Origin: Alphaproteobacteria bacterium | GTDB taxonomy: Bacteria; Pseudomonadota; Alphaproteobacteria; GCA-2731375 | Length of the DNA: 64,000 nucleotides | Direction of reading: 5' to 3' | Assembly: GCA_965225945.1 (NCBI GenBank) | Contig: CBDDBZ010000035.1 | Span: forward strand, 224,001 to 288,000 | Shown: in pieces, positions 31,387 through 40,508 of the stretch | How the letters are laid out: each line of letters begins with the position of its first letter | Numbering within the stretch: the stretch's first letter is position 1 | The notes under the pieces: generated by a model | Database searches by the model: none | Seen by the model: only the letters and a program-made list of their open reading frames with translations | What the model was told of the DNA's origin: nothing | Program-made: the position numbers and the translations under genes

Positions 31387-32082
31387 TTGACCATCGTGAT
31401 GTATGACCTGGTCGGCCTGGAGGATCGCCGCTTCAGCCCGTACTGTTGGCGCGCTCGCATGGCGCTCGCCCACAAGGGCCTAGAGTATGAGGCCCGGCCC
31501 ACCAGCTTCCAGCAGATTAAGGCCATCGGCGACGGCGGCCACGGCCGCGTGCCGGTGATCGAGGACGGTGGCCGTTTCGTCGCCGATTCCTGGGAAATCG
31601 CCGAATATCTCGATGAGAGCTATCCCGACCGGCCGAGCCTCTTCGGCGGCGCGAACGGCCGTGGCCTGGCGCGCTTCATCGACAATTGGACGACTGCGCT
31701 GATGGGCGAGATGATCCAGATGACGCTCGCCGACATCCACGAAAATCTCCTGCCCGAGGATCGCGGCTATTTCCGGGAGAGCCGGGAAAAGCGCTTCGGC
31801 AAGACCCTGGAGGAGGTGGTCGAGGGCCGCGAGGCACACCGCGAGACCTTGGCCGCCATGCTGGCGCCGCTTCGCCGCACGCTCGGCCGGCAGCCCTTCA
31901 TCGGCGGCGAGAGGCCGCATTACGCCGACGCCGACTATCTGGTCTTCGGCGCCTTCCAGTGGCCCAGGGTGGTCAGCCCGTTTACGCTGCTGGGGGAGGA
32001 CGATTCCGTCCACACCTGGTTCGAGCGCTGCCTCGACCTCCACGGCGGCATCGGGCGCGCCGAGCCGGCGAAGACGGCCTAG
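31387..32082 (+). CDS. Glutathione S-transferase, LigE/beta-etherase-like
   Basis: TTG start after GGGAGG; FSPYCWR..MALAHKGL, DSW.IAEYL, YFRESREKRFG. Confidence 0.85.
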   Translation: MTIVMYDLVGLEDRRFSPYCWRARMALAHKGLEYEARPTSFQQIKAIGDGGHGRVPVIEDGGRFVADSWEIAEYLDESYPDRPSLFGGANGRGLARFIDNWTTALMGEMIQMTLADIHENLLPEDRGYFRESREKRFGKTLEEVVEGREAHRETLAAMLAPLRRTLGRQPFIGGERPHYADADYLVFGAFQWPRVVSPFTLLGEDDSVHTWFERCLDLHGGIGRAEPAKTA

Positions 32083-32157
32083 GCGCGAGCGAGCGACAGG
32101 GCGCTATCATCGCCACCGCGTGATGGCGTATCAATGACCGGTCCCAGGGAGGTGGCG

Positions 32158-33390
32158 ATGACGACGACGCTATATTCGGGTGGCCGGCTGTTCGACGGCG
32201 AGAACGCGCCCCTCGACGGTCAGGCGGTCTTGGTCGAGGACACAGCGATCCGCCGCGTCGCGCCGAGGCCTGAGTTCGACGGCTTCGCCGGCGAGGTGGT
32301 GGACACTTCGGGCGCCACCTTGATGCCCGGCCTGATCGACTGCCACGTGCATCTCTGCCTCGGCGCCGAGGGCGATCCGGGCACCGCCGCCGACAAGCTG
32401 CTGCCGGGCCAGACGACGATGAAGGCGCTCGAGCGGGCGCAGGCGACGCTCGCCGGCGGCATCACCGCGATCCGCGATTGCGGCGGCAAGGATTTTTTGG
32501 AGTTCGCGGTCCGCGACGCCTGCAACGACGGCCGCCAGCTCGGCCCGACCATTCGCGCCGCCGGCCGGATGATCTGCATGACCGGCGGCCACGGCAACCG
32601 AATGGGGCGGGTCGCCGACGGCCTCGACGAGGTGATCCGCGCCGTCCGCGAGCAGATCCAGGCCGGCAGCGATCTGATCAAGATCATGGCCACCGGGGGC
32701 GTGATGACGCCCGGCGTCGACCCCGAAGATGCGCACTACACGGCGGAGGAAATGGCGGCCGGCGTCGCCGAGGGCCGCCGCTTCCACCGCCGGAGCGCCA
32801 GCCACGCCCAGGGCTCCGAGGGGATCTTGAACGCCGTTCGCGCCGGCATCACCTCGATCGAGCACGGCATCTTCATGACCGACGAGTGCGTCGCCGAGAT
32901 GCTGGACCAGGGCACATATCTCGTGCCGACGCTCGCCGCCGTCCACAATATCGTGCGCATGAAGGGGAGCGTGCCGGATTACGTGATCGAGAAGGCGGAG
33001 CGGGTGAGCGAGCGCCATCGCCAATCGATCGCCACCTTCTATGAGGCGGGCGGGCGGATCGCCATGGGCACCGACGCCGGCACGCCCTTCAACCAGCACG
33101 GCGAGAACGCGCAGGAACTGGCGCTGATGGTCGGAATCGCCATCCAGCCGCTGGACGCGCTCCGCTTCTCCACCAGCGCCGCCGCCGATCTGGTCGGCCT
33201 GGAGCAGGAAGGGCGGATCGCCGAGGGCCATTTCGCCGATCTTCTGGTGGTCGAGGGCGATCCGCTGGCCGACATCGCCATGGTGGCGGAATCGGTGAAC
33301 CATCGCCTGGTGGTCAAGCGCGGCCTCGCCGTCACCCGAAGCGCGAGCGGCCGGCTCGCCCCGCTCGCCAACCGCATGGCGGCGTTTTGA
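32158..33390 (+). CDS. Metal-dependent amidohydrolase (Xaa-Pro dipeptidase-like)
   Basis: PGLIDCHVH, K.MATGG, SIEHG, GTDAG. Confidence 0.9.
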   Translation: MTTTLYSGGRLFDGENAPLDGQAVLVEDTAIRRVAPRPEFDGFAGEVVDTSGATLMPGLIDCHVHLCLGAEGDPGTAADKLLPGQTTMKALERAQATLAGGITAIRDCGGKDFLEFAVRDACNDGRQLGPTIRAAGRMICMTGGHGNRMGRVADGLDEVIRAVREQIQAGSDLIKIMATGGVMTPGVDPEDAHYTAEEMAAGVAEGRRFHRRSASHAQGSEGILNAVRAGITSIEHGIFMTDECVAEMLDQGTYLVPTLAAVHNIVRMKGSVPDYVIEKAERVSERHRQSIATFYEAGGRIAMGTDAGTPFNQHGENAQELALMVGIAIQPLDALRFSTSAAADLVGLEQEGRIAEGHFADLLVVEGDPLADIAMVAESVNHRLVVKRGLAVTRSASGRLAPLANRMAAF

Positions 33391-33405
33391 AGGCGCGCTC
33401 GGAGT

Positions 33406-34278
33406 TCACTCTGTAGCGTTGCCGAAGACCCGGACGACGCCGCTGTCGTTGATCTCGCCGAGGCCACCTTCGACCATGCGGCGATAAAGGCCGACGGCGG
33501 TCGCGCCCAGCGGCGCCTCGATGGCGAGGCGATCGGCCAGGTCGACGCCATAGGCCGCGTCCTTCAGCCGCAGCCGCCCGGCGAACAGCACCGGGTCCTC
33601 GTGATCGTCGGCGAGCACGCGGCCGGCGGCGCGAACCACCTGGGGACTCGCCGCCTGGCCCTTACGAATCGCCTCCGCGACCAGGCTTAAATCGAGGCCG
33701 GCGCGCGCGGCCATCGCCATCCCCTCGGCGAGGCCGGCGATCTGCACCGCGCCCATCAGGTTGACGATCAGCTTGAAGGCGGTGCCGGCGCCAGTGGGGC
33801 CGAAATGGATGATCTCGCGCGAGACCGCGTCCAAAAGCGGCTTCGCCGCCGCCAGGGTTTCCGGCGCGGCGCCGACCAGGAGCGTCAGCTCGCCCGCCGC
33901 CGCGGCCGCCGGCAGGCCGGTCACCGGACAATCGACATAGCCGAGGCCGCGCGCGGCGGCGGCGCTCGCCAACTCGGCGACCCAACCGGCCGAAAGGGTC
34001 GAGCATTCGATGGCCAGCGCGCCGGCCGCCATGGCGGCGAGCGCGCCGTCGGCCCCGAGCCAGACCGCGCGGGAGGCCGCGTCGTCGGCCAGCATGGCGA
34101 AGACCGCCTCGGCGCCGGCCGCGGCTTCGCCAGGGCTCGCCACGAGGCTCGCGCCCGCCAGCGCCTCGGCCCGCGAGGCGGTGCGGTTCCAGACCCGGAC
34201 CTCGGCGCCCGCGCCGACCAGCCGGGCCGCCATGGGGCCACCCATGTTGCCGAGCCCGAGAAATCCCACCACCGCCAT
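33406..34278 (-). CDS. NAD(P)-dependent oxidoreductase, 3-hydroxyisobutyrate dehydrogenase family
   Basis: GLGNMG, WNRT, DCPVTG, FKLIVN. Confidence 0.88.
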   Translation of the reverse strand: MAVVGFLGLGNMGGPMAARLVGAGAEVRVWNRTASRAEALAGASLVASPGEAAAGAEAVFAMLADDAASRAVWLGADGALAAMAAGALAIECSTLSAGWVAELASAAAARGLGYVDCPVTGLPAAAAAGELTLLVGAAPETLAAAKPLLDAVSREIIHFGPTGAGTAFKLIVNLMGAVQIAGLAEGMAMAARAGLDLSLVAEAIRKGQAASPQVVRAAGRVLADDHEDPVLFAGRLRLKDAAYGVDLADRLAIEAPLGATAVGLYRRMVEGGLGEINDSGVVRVFGNATE

Positions 34279-34390
34279 CGCCACCTCCCGCGTCGCCTCG
34301 CACGCGTTTATAACATCGACACTCCGAAATTCGTTTGGCCCGGGCCGCCGGCGCGCTCTACTCTCGCCGCGCCGAACCCGGAGTCGATCC

Positions 34391-35686
34391 ATGGCCGATC
34401 CCCGCTATCTGAAGCCGGAAACGCTGAGCCTGCACGCGGGCCAGAAGCCGGACCCGCTTTACGGCGCCCGGGCGGTGCCGATCTACCAGACCACCTCCTA
34501 CGTCTTTCCCGATACCGACCACGCCGCCGCGCTCTTCAACCTGGAGCGCGCGGGCCACATCTACAGCCGCATCTCCAACCCCACCGTGGCGGTGCTGGAG
34601 GAGCGGATCGCGGCGCTCGAAGGCGGCGTCGGCGCGGTCTGCACGGCGAGCGGCCAGGCGGCGCTGCATCTGGCGATCGTGACGCTGATCGGCCAGGGCG
34701 GCCACATCGTGTCCTCCGGCTCGATCTACGGCGGCAGCCACAACCTCTTCACCCACACGCTGCCGCGCTTCGGTATCACCACGAGTTTCGTCGATCCCCG
34801 CGACGCGAGTGCCTTCGCCCGGGCGATCCGGCCGGAAACGGGGCTCGTCTTCGTCGAGACGCTCGGCAATCCGGGCCTCGAGGTGGTGAACCTGCCGGAG
34901 CTGGCGGCCGTGGCGCACGCAGAGGGCGTGCCGGTGCTGGTCGACAATACCTTCGCGACGCCGGTGCTGTTCCGGCCCTTCGAGCACGGCGCCGACCTGG
35001 TGCTGCATTCCGCCACCAAATTCCTGGGCGGCCACGGCATCGCCATCGGCGGCGTCATCGTCGACGGCGGCAGCTTCGACTGGGAGGCCTCGGGCCGCTT
35101 CCCGACCTTGAGCGAGCCCTATGCCGGCTATCACGGCCTCGACTTCGCCGAGGAGTTCGGCCCCCAGGCCTTCATCATGCGGGCCAGGGCCGAGGGCTTG
35201 CGCGACTTCGGCGCCTCGATGAGCCCGGCCAACGCCTTCTACATCCTGCAGGGAGTCGAGACCCTGCCGCTCAGGATGGCTCGCCACGTCGCCAACGCAC
35301 GGCTGATCGTGCGCTTCCTCGACGACCACGAGGCGGTCGCCTGGGTCATTTGGCCGGAGCTTCCCGACCATCCCGACCACGACCTGGCGGCGAGGATGCT
35401 GCCCGACGGGCCGGGCGCGATCTTCAGCTTCGGAATCAGGGGCGGGCGCGAGGCGGGGGCCAAGTTCATCGAGGCGCTGACGCTCATCAGCCATCTCGCC
35501 AACGTGGGCGACGCCAAGAGCCTGGTGATCCACCCGGCCTCGACGACGCATCAGCAGATGGACGCAGACGCGCTCGAGGCCGCCGGCGTCGGCGAGGATC
35601 TGGTTCGCCTCTCGATCGGGCTGGAGGATCCGCGCGACCTCACCGACGACCTGGACCGCGCGCTCCGCGCCTCGCAGAAGGGCTGA
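34391..35686 (+). CDS. O-acetylhomoserine aminocarboxypropyltransferase/sulfhydrylase (MetY family)
   Basis: PIYQTTSY, YSRISNPT, HSATKF, HLANVGDAKSLVIHPASTTH. Confidence 0.9.
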   Translation: MADPRYLKPETLSLHAGQKPDPLYGARAVPIYQTTSYVFPDTDHAAALFNLERAGHIYSRISNPTVAVLEERIAALEGGVGAVCTASGQAALHLAIVTLIGQGGHIVSSGSIYGGSHNLFTHTLPRFGITTSFVDPRDASAFARAIRPETGLVFVETLGNPGLEVVNLPELAAVAHAEGVPVLVDNTFATPVLFRPFEHGADLVLHSATKFLGGHGIAIGGVIVDGGSFDWEASGRFPTLSEPYAGYHGLDFAEEFGPQAFIMRARAEGLRDFGASMSPANAFYILQGVETLPLRMARHVANARLIVRFLDDHEAVAWVIWPELPDHPDHDLAARMLPDGPGAIFSFGIRGGREAGAKFIEALTLISHLANVGDAKSLVIHPASTTHQQMDADALEAAGVGEDLVRLSIGLEDPRDLTDDLDRALRASQKG

Positions 35687-35690
35687 AGCC

Positions 35691-36479
35691 ATGCGATTCC
35701 AGGTCGACGGCCACGAGGTCTTCGCCGCCACCGGCGGCCAACCGTTCGATTCCGCGAGGCCGGCAATCGTCTTCATCCACGGCGCGGCGCTCGACCGCAC
35801 GGTCTGGAAGCTGCAGACCCGCTACTTCGCCTGGCGCGGCCGGAGCGTGCTGGCGCTCGACCTGCCGGGGCATGGCCGCTCGGGCGGCGCGCCGCTCGAG
35901 ACCATTCCCGCCATGGCCGACTGGATCACCCGCCTGCTGGACGCGGCGGGGCTGGAGCGCGCCGCGCTGGTCGGCCATTCGATGGGTGCGCTGGTGGCGC
36001 TCGACGCGGCCGGCCGCCACGGTAATCGCGTCCGGGCGCTGGCGCTGCTCGGCCCCGGCTACCCGATGCGGGTGAGCGACGTCCTTCGAGACACCTCGAA
36101 GGCCAACGACCCGCTGGCCTTCGAGCTGATGAACGCTTGGGGTTACGGCGGCCCGGCGCAACTCGGCCGGCACCGGATGCCGGGCTTGTGGATGATGCGC
36201 GGCGGCTTGCGCCTCTGGCAACGGAGCGCGCCCGGCGTGCTGCATGGCGACCTGATGGCCTGTCACGACTACGACAGCGGCCATGACGCGGCCGACGCGG
36301 TTCGTTGCCCGACGCTGCTGGTGATGGGCCGCGAGGACATGATGGCGCCAGTGCGGCAGGGCCGCGCGATCGCCGAGCGGATCGCGGGCGCGCGCGAGGT
36401 CGTGCTGCCCGATTGCGGCCACATCATGATCGAGCAATACCCCGACGAGACCCTCGACGCGCTCAGGACGCTGCTGTAG
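35691..36479 (+). CDS. Alpha/beta hydrolase
   Basis: IHGA, DLPGHGRS, GHSMG nucleophile elbow, CGH. Confidence 0.9.
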   Translation: MRFQVDGHEVFAATGGQPFDSARPAIVFIHGAALDRTVWKLQTRYFAWRGRSVLALDLPGHGRSGGAPLETIPAMADWITRLLDAAGLERAALVGHSMGALVALDAAGRHGNRVRALALLGPGYPMRVSDVLRDTSKANDPLAFELMNAWGYGGPAQLGRHRMPGLWMMRGGLRLWQRSAPGVLHGDLMACHDYDSGHDAADAVRCPTLLVMGREDMMAPVRQGRAIAERIAGAREVVLPDCGHIMIEQYPDETLDALRTLL

Positions 36480-36788
36480 CGGGGGTCATCGGTCCGTCGG
36501 CGAAGGATAGCGATCGAACTCGATCACGTGGTCCGATCCGAGAGTAATCTCCAGAATTTCGTTGATCGGTTCCTTGTCCATCAACTAATCGATGGCGTAT
36601 TGGAAAAGCCGTCCTTGAGAATTTTGGCCCATGAGTTCCGATGCCACATTCAGACAGATCAACCCGGCATGCAACTCCTCTCGTCCGACGAGCGATGTGA
36701 AGTCGGTCGAATTGTTCGTTACTGAGTCGGACCCGATTTCCTTGGACACAGAATTGGCTTAATCGAAGTGTCCAAGGAGGACCGGAAC

Positions 36789-37199
36789 ATGACCGACAAT
36801 TTTGAGAACAAAGTTGCTGTTGATGGGCCTGTGGTAAACGAGGGCGAGCTTGGCTCGTCCACGTTTTCCCCGGGCCAGGTTTCGCCGGCAGGCCCGCTGG
36901 GACTTGGCCAGCGGTGGACGGTGACGCGCAAGCGTGAGGTTGCCCTGCGGCTTTTGCGTGGCGAGCCGGTGGAACTTTTGTCGCGGCAGTTGGGCGTGGA
37001 GATTTTCCGGCTCGAGCAGTGGCGTGAGAAGGCGATCGCCGGGATCGATGCCTCGCTCAAGGAACGCAAGGGCGATCCGGTAAAGGCGGAACTGGACATC
37101 GCCATGAAGCGGATCGGGGAGTTGATCATGCAGGTGGAACTGCTGGAGGCCAAGACGGAGACGTCCGGCCCTTTGGGGCGGCGGAGGTCGCGGCGATGA
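36789..37199 (+). CDS. IS3-like transposase OrfA (HTH)
   Basis: RKREVALRLLRGE HTH and leucine-zipper-like tail; AGGAGG RBS. Confidence 0.88.
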   Translation: MTDNFENKVAVDGPVVNEGELGSSTFSPGQVSPAGPLGLGQRWTVTRKREVALRLLRGEPVELLSRQLGVEIFRLEQWREKAIAGIDASLKERKGDPVKAELDIAMKRIGELIMQVELLEAKTETSGPLGRRRSRR

Positions 37200-38107
37200 G
37201 TGCCGCCACCTCTCCCGGCACGGGTTTGGCCTACGGCCTCCAGCGGGTCTGTGCGGCCTGGGGTTTTGCCCGTTCCTCGTTCTACGCCATGAAATCCCGG
37301 CAGCAGGCCACCGCTGAGCGCCCACCAGCAAAGCGCCGGGGACCGAAGCCCTCGATCTCGGACGAGGCTCTGCTGGTGGCCATCGAGGCCGACCTGGAGG
37401 CATCCCCCTGGGAGGGCGAGGGACACCGCAAGGTCTGGGCTCGGCTTCGGGTCTGTCGTGGCATCCGTGTTTCCCGCAAGCGGGTGCTCCGGGTGATGCG
37501 CGAGAACAACCTGCTCTCGCCCCATCGCTGCCGCCGCCGTGGCGGAAATCCCCATGTCGGTGAGATCATCACCCATGCCCCCAACCTCATGTGGGGCACG
37601 GACGGCGTTCGGGTGTTCACGGTGGACGACGGCTGGGGCTGGATATTCACCGCCATCGAGCATTGGAACGCCGAGTGCGTCGGCTGGCATGTGTGCAAGC
37701 GAGGCGACCGCTTCGCCGCCCTTCAGCCGATCTCCATGGGGCTTGCGAGGCTGTATGCCTCGACCTCCGCCGGTGCGGCGCGGGGGCTGGCCTTGCGGAT
37801 GGATCACGGCTCCCAGTATCTGTCGGACCACTTCACCAACCAGATCAAGTTCTGGGGCATCCAGCCGTCCTACGCCTTCGTCGAACAGCCCCAGACCAAC
37901 GGCGTCGCCGAGAGGTTCAATCGCACGCTCAAGGAACAGATCATCCATGGCCGCATCTACCGCAACATCGCGGAGCTGCGGAACGCCGTCCGCGGGTTCG
38001 TCGAACAGTACAATGCCCAGTGGATCGTGGAGAAGAACGGCTACCTGAGCCCCGCTCAAGCTCGTCAGGCGTGGCACACCGCGATGTCACTCAGGCCCGC
38101 CGCATGA
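37196..38107 (+). CDS. IS3-like transposase OrfB (rve DDE)
   Basis: WGTD, DHGSQY, NGVAERFNRTLKE; ATGA overlap with OrfA. Confidence 0.92.
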   Translation: MSAATSPGTGLAYGLQRVCAAWGFARSSFYAMKSRQQATAERPPAKRRGPKPSISDEALLVAIEADLEASPWEGEGHRKVWARLRVCRGIRVSRKRVLRVMRENNLLSPHRCRRRGGNPHVGEIITHAPNLMWGTDGVRVFTVDDGWGWIFTAIEHWNAECVGWHVCKRGDRFAALQPISMGLARLYASTSAGAARGLALRMDHGSQYLSDHFTNQIKFWGIQPSYAFVEQPQTNGVAERFNRTLKEQIIHGRIYRNIAELRNAVRGFVEQYNAQWIVEKNGYLSPAQARQAWHTAMSLRPAA

Positions 38108-38308
38108 GACAAACTTGTGTCCAAGGAACCGGGTGCGATACAGAATTGTTCGTTACGAACACATACCCATCGTCGACTGCTCGGCGCATGATGGTCCAAT
38201 CTTTCATCGATCCAAGGCCGAGCCAGTTGACGTGCATCGAAAGCGGGTATCCGCGAATTCGAGCGATATGAACGAGCGTCGGACTCAGGCACTCGTCGAC
38301 CAGAAACT

Positions 38309-38926
38309 TCAAGAGACCGGCGGTAGATCGTCAAAGTTGATTTTGATGGACTCTATGGGTTTCGTCTTTCGCCATGGAGGTTGCCGCCTCGGGCGGCCAC
38401 TGCGTGGATAGGCTCCGGCGTAGACCAACGCGGCTTCGATGTTCCGCGCCGACAATGCCGGATAAGCATGTAGGAGCACTTCTATATTGTCACCGTTGGC
38501 GAACATATTTGCAATGTCGTGAACGGGTATCCGGGTGCCTTTGAAGCAAGGCGCTCCAGACATCACCTCTTTGTCGATCGAAACCATTTCTCTTGCTTCC
38601 CGCAGCGTCGTCAGTCCACGTTGGACGCGGCGCCGCATCTCCCGCAGATCGACCGAGACGGCTTCTTCATGGACCGATTTTGCTTCCGGATCATCGAGGA
38701 GACGTCGGACCAGTCGACGACGCCCTTCAAGCGTCAGGATATCCGTGGTCTCATGCGCCAGCTTCAATCCGACGAGCGCCTCGATCGAAACGACACGTCC
38801 GCCATCCCGGGTCTTCACCGCATCACCCAGCAGACCGGCATCGATAATGCGATGCACCCGCTTCAGGGGGACATCGGTGACACAAGCCGCCGCGTTCGCG
38901 GACAGCGCCTGTTCTTGTCGTCGCAT
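38309..38926 (-). CDS. DUF433-domain antitoxin
   Basis: MSGAPCFKGTRIPV...YPAL...IEAALVYA; overlaps the DUF5615 start. Confidence 0.85.
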   Translation of the reverse strand: MRRQEQALSANAAACVTDVPLKRVHRIIDAGLLGDAVKTRDGGRVVSIEALVGLKLAHETTDILTLEGRRRLVRRLLDDPEAKSVHEEAVSVDLREMRRRVQRGLTTLREAREMVSIDKEVMSGAPCFKGTRIPVHDIANMFANGDNIEVLLHAYPALSARNIEAALVYAGAYPRSGRPRRQPPWRKTKPIESIKINFDDLPPVS

Positions 38927-39067
38927 CGACTTTAAACCTTCCTCTATCTTGGAAACAATATAAGAGGATTCTGATGACATTGCTAGCTCGTGGCGCCGAC
39001 CTTGCCGAACGACGACGGGCCCGCCCCCGGCGCGGGAGCGGGCCCTCGATCGCAACGCCGAGGCGCG

Positions 39068-39571
39068 TCAGCCCCGCGCGATCTCGATCCGTCGGACCTC
39101 GGGCTCGGCCTCGGCCGCCTTCGGCAGCACCAGCGTGATCACGCCATTCTCGAAGCGGGCGGAGATCGCCGCTTCCTCGACGCTCTCCGGCAGGCGGAAG
39201 GCCCGCTCGAAGCGGCCGACGGCGCGCTCGCGGACGTGGTAGCGCCGCTCGCCCTCGCCCTCGAGCGTCTCGCCCTCGGTCTCCTGGCACTTCTCGGCCC
39301 GGAGGCGAAGCACGCCGTCGCTCAGCGTCACCTCGACGTCGTCATCGGCGAAGCCCGCCGCCTCGGCCGTGATCACATAGGCCTCGGCCGTCTCCTCGAC
39401 GTCGACGCGGGGTCGGACCGCGACGGCACGGTTCTCGGCCACACGCCTCGGCGCCCAGACGGCGTCGAACAGTAAATCGAAATCACCCCAGGATTCGCCG
39501 AACAAGCTCGCCACGGCGCTCGGGTGGCGGCTCGGCCGCCAGGCTAGGAGTTTCTGGTTCATCGTCTTCAT
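39068..39571 (-). CDS. Hsp20/alpha-crystallin family protein
   Basis: PRVDVEE, G.FERAFRLP, FENGV..L.LPK, RRIEI. Confidence 0.92.
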   Translation of the reverse strand: MKTMNQKLLAWRPSRHPSAVASLFGESWGDFDLLFDAVWAPRRVAENRAVAVRPRVDVEETAEAYVITAEAAGFADDDVEVTLSDGVLRLRAEKCQETEGETLEGEGERRYHVRERAVGRFERAFRLPESVEEAAISARFENGVITLVLPKAAEAEPEVRRIEIARG

Positions 39572-39659
39572 CCTCTCATCTGTTCGGTTTCCGGAGACAC
39601 GGGTCCCCGGCGCCGCGCCTCGAAAAGCGCGGGCAATCGTGTTCTCGCTTCGATGCGGG

Positions 39660-40103
39660 TCAGGCCGCTCGGGCGGTCGGCGCGTGATCGATCGGGATCC
39701 GCCGGGGCTTCAAATGCTCCGGCACCTCGTGCGCCAGATCGACGTGCAACAGGCCGTTCTCGAGCCGCGCGGCGGCGACCTCGACGTTGTCGGCGAGCTG
39801 GAAACGCCGCTCGAAGCCGCGCCGCGCGATGCCGCGGTGAAGGTAACGGGCGGCCTGGTCCTGGTCACTTCCCGCGCCCTTGATCACCAACACGCCGTCG
39901 GTGACGGTGAGGTCGAGATCGTCCTCGCCGAAGCCGGCGATCGCCATGGTGATGCGATAGCCGTTCTCGCCGGTCTTGACGATATCGTAGGGCGGATAGG
40001 TCGAGGCTGCGCCGTTCTGTCGGGCGAGGTCGTTGAACACGCGGTCCAGTCGGTCGAAGCCGATTCCGGAACGCAGGAGAGGGGTGAGATCATAGGTTCG
40101 CAT
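39660..40103 (-). CDS. ibpA: Small heat shock protein, IbpA type
   Basis: MRTYDLTPL..SGIGFDR, YPPYDI, YLHRGIA.R.FERRF.LA, PRRIPI. Confidence 0.9.
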   Translation of the reverse strand: MRTYDLTPLLRSGIGFDRLDRVFNDLARQNGAASTYPPYDIVKTGENGYRITMAIAGFGEDDLDLTVTDGVLVIKGAGSDQDQAARYLHRGIARRGFERRFQLADNVEVAAARLENGLLHVDLAHEVPEHLKPRRIPIDHAPTARAA

Positions 40104-40206
40104 GACGCGATATCCTCCTGTTGAGCAATATCACCGTTTCAGATAGGCCCGCCGCAATCGGCCGGGCCCGCGAATGTCCGGACCCGATTCACGGCATCCA
40201 GAACAC
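40104..40206 (-). promoter_or_regulatory. ROSE-type RNA thermometer in the ibpA 5' UTR
   Basis: Three hairpins; the last, GAUAUUGCUC-AACAG-GAGGAUAUC, pairs the UUGCU motif (bulged G) with the SD. Confidence 0.8.
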
Positions 40207-40211
40207 GTCAG

Positions 40212-40240
40212 ATATGGGATCGGGATGAAGACCGTTCAAG
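40212..40240 (-). promoter_or_regulatory. RpoH (sigma32) promoter
   Basis: CTTGAA-N16-CCCATAT on the minus strand upstream of ibpA. Confidence 0.8.
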
Positions 40241-40258
40241 GGGAAGGCCGGCCGCCGT

Positions 40259-40436
40259 TAGAGCATGATCCGACCATATGGAAGCGTTTGATGGCGGCAA
40301 ATCGGCCTCTGGGGCAGGCGCGCCGCGCCGCGCGATGCGGGCCATCGGGCAAGCGGCGCAACGCACCCCAGAGGCCGATTTGCCCCACCGAAGGCCGGTC
40401 CCGGTCAAACGTTTCCATATGATCGGATCATGCTCT
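40259..40436. repeat. TAGAGCA-ended palindromic MITE-like element (short form)
   Basis: tagagcatgatccgaccatatggaagcgtttga...tcaaacgtttccatatgatcggatcatgctct; core shared with 12364-12628. Confidence 0.8.
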
Positions 40437-40508
40437 TAAGCGAGTATTTGTTAAGCTTTCCGCGCCACACTTGCGGGCTGGACCGGCGGCGCGGGGTCGA
40501 ATGCGAGA

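Larger units (their letters stand above)
36723..38142 (+). mobile_element. IS3-like element, copy 1 (1420 bp), 14-bp TSD
   Basis: TG...CA ends with ~28-bp imperfect IR; GAATTGTTCGTTAC at 36709-36722 and 38143-38156. Confidence 0.93.
36486..38312 (-). pseudogene. DUF5615 PIN-like toxin, split by the IS3-like element and further degraded
   Basis: MKFLVDECLS...FVTNNS continues as TDFTSLVGREELHAGLICLN below 36722; the distal part carries a frameshift and an in-frame TAG. Confidence 0.8.

Noticed and set aside
34279-34390. SAM riboswitch upstream of the metY-like gene
   Set aside because: No SAM-I, SAM-II or SAM-SAH consensus recognisable in the short divergent spacer.
40436-40454. Full CtrA box upstream of the rcdA-like gene
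   Set aside because: The TTAA pair is spaced by 11, not 7, and the first half comes from the repeat boundary; at most a half-site.
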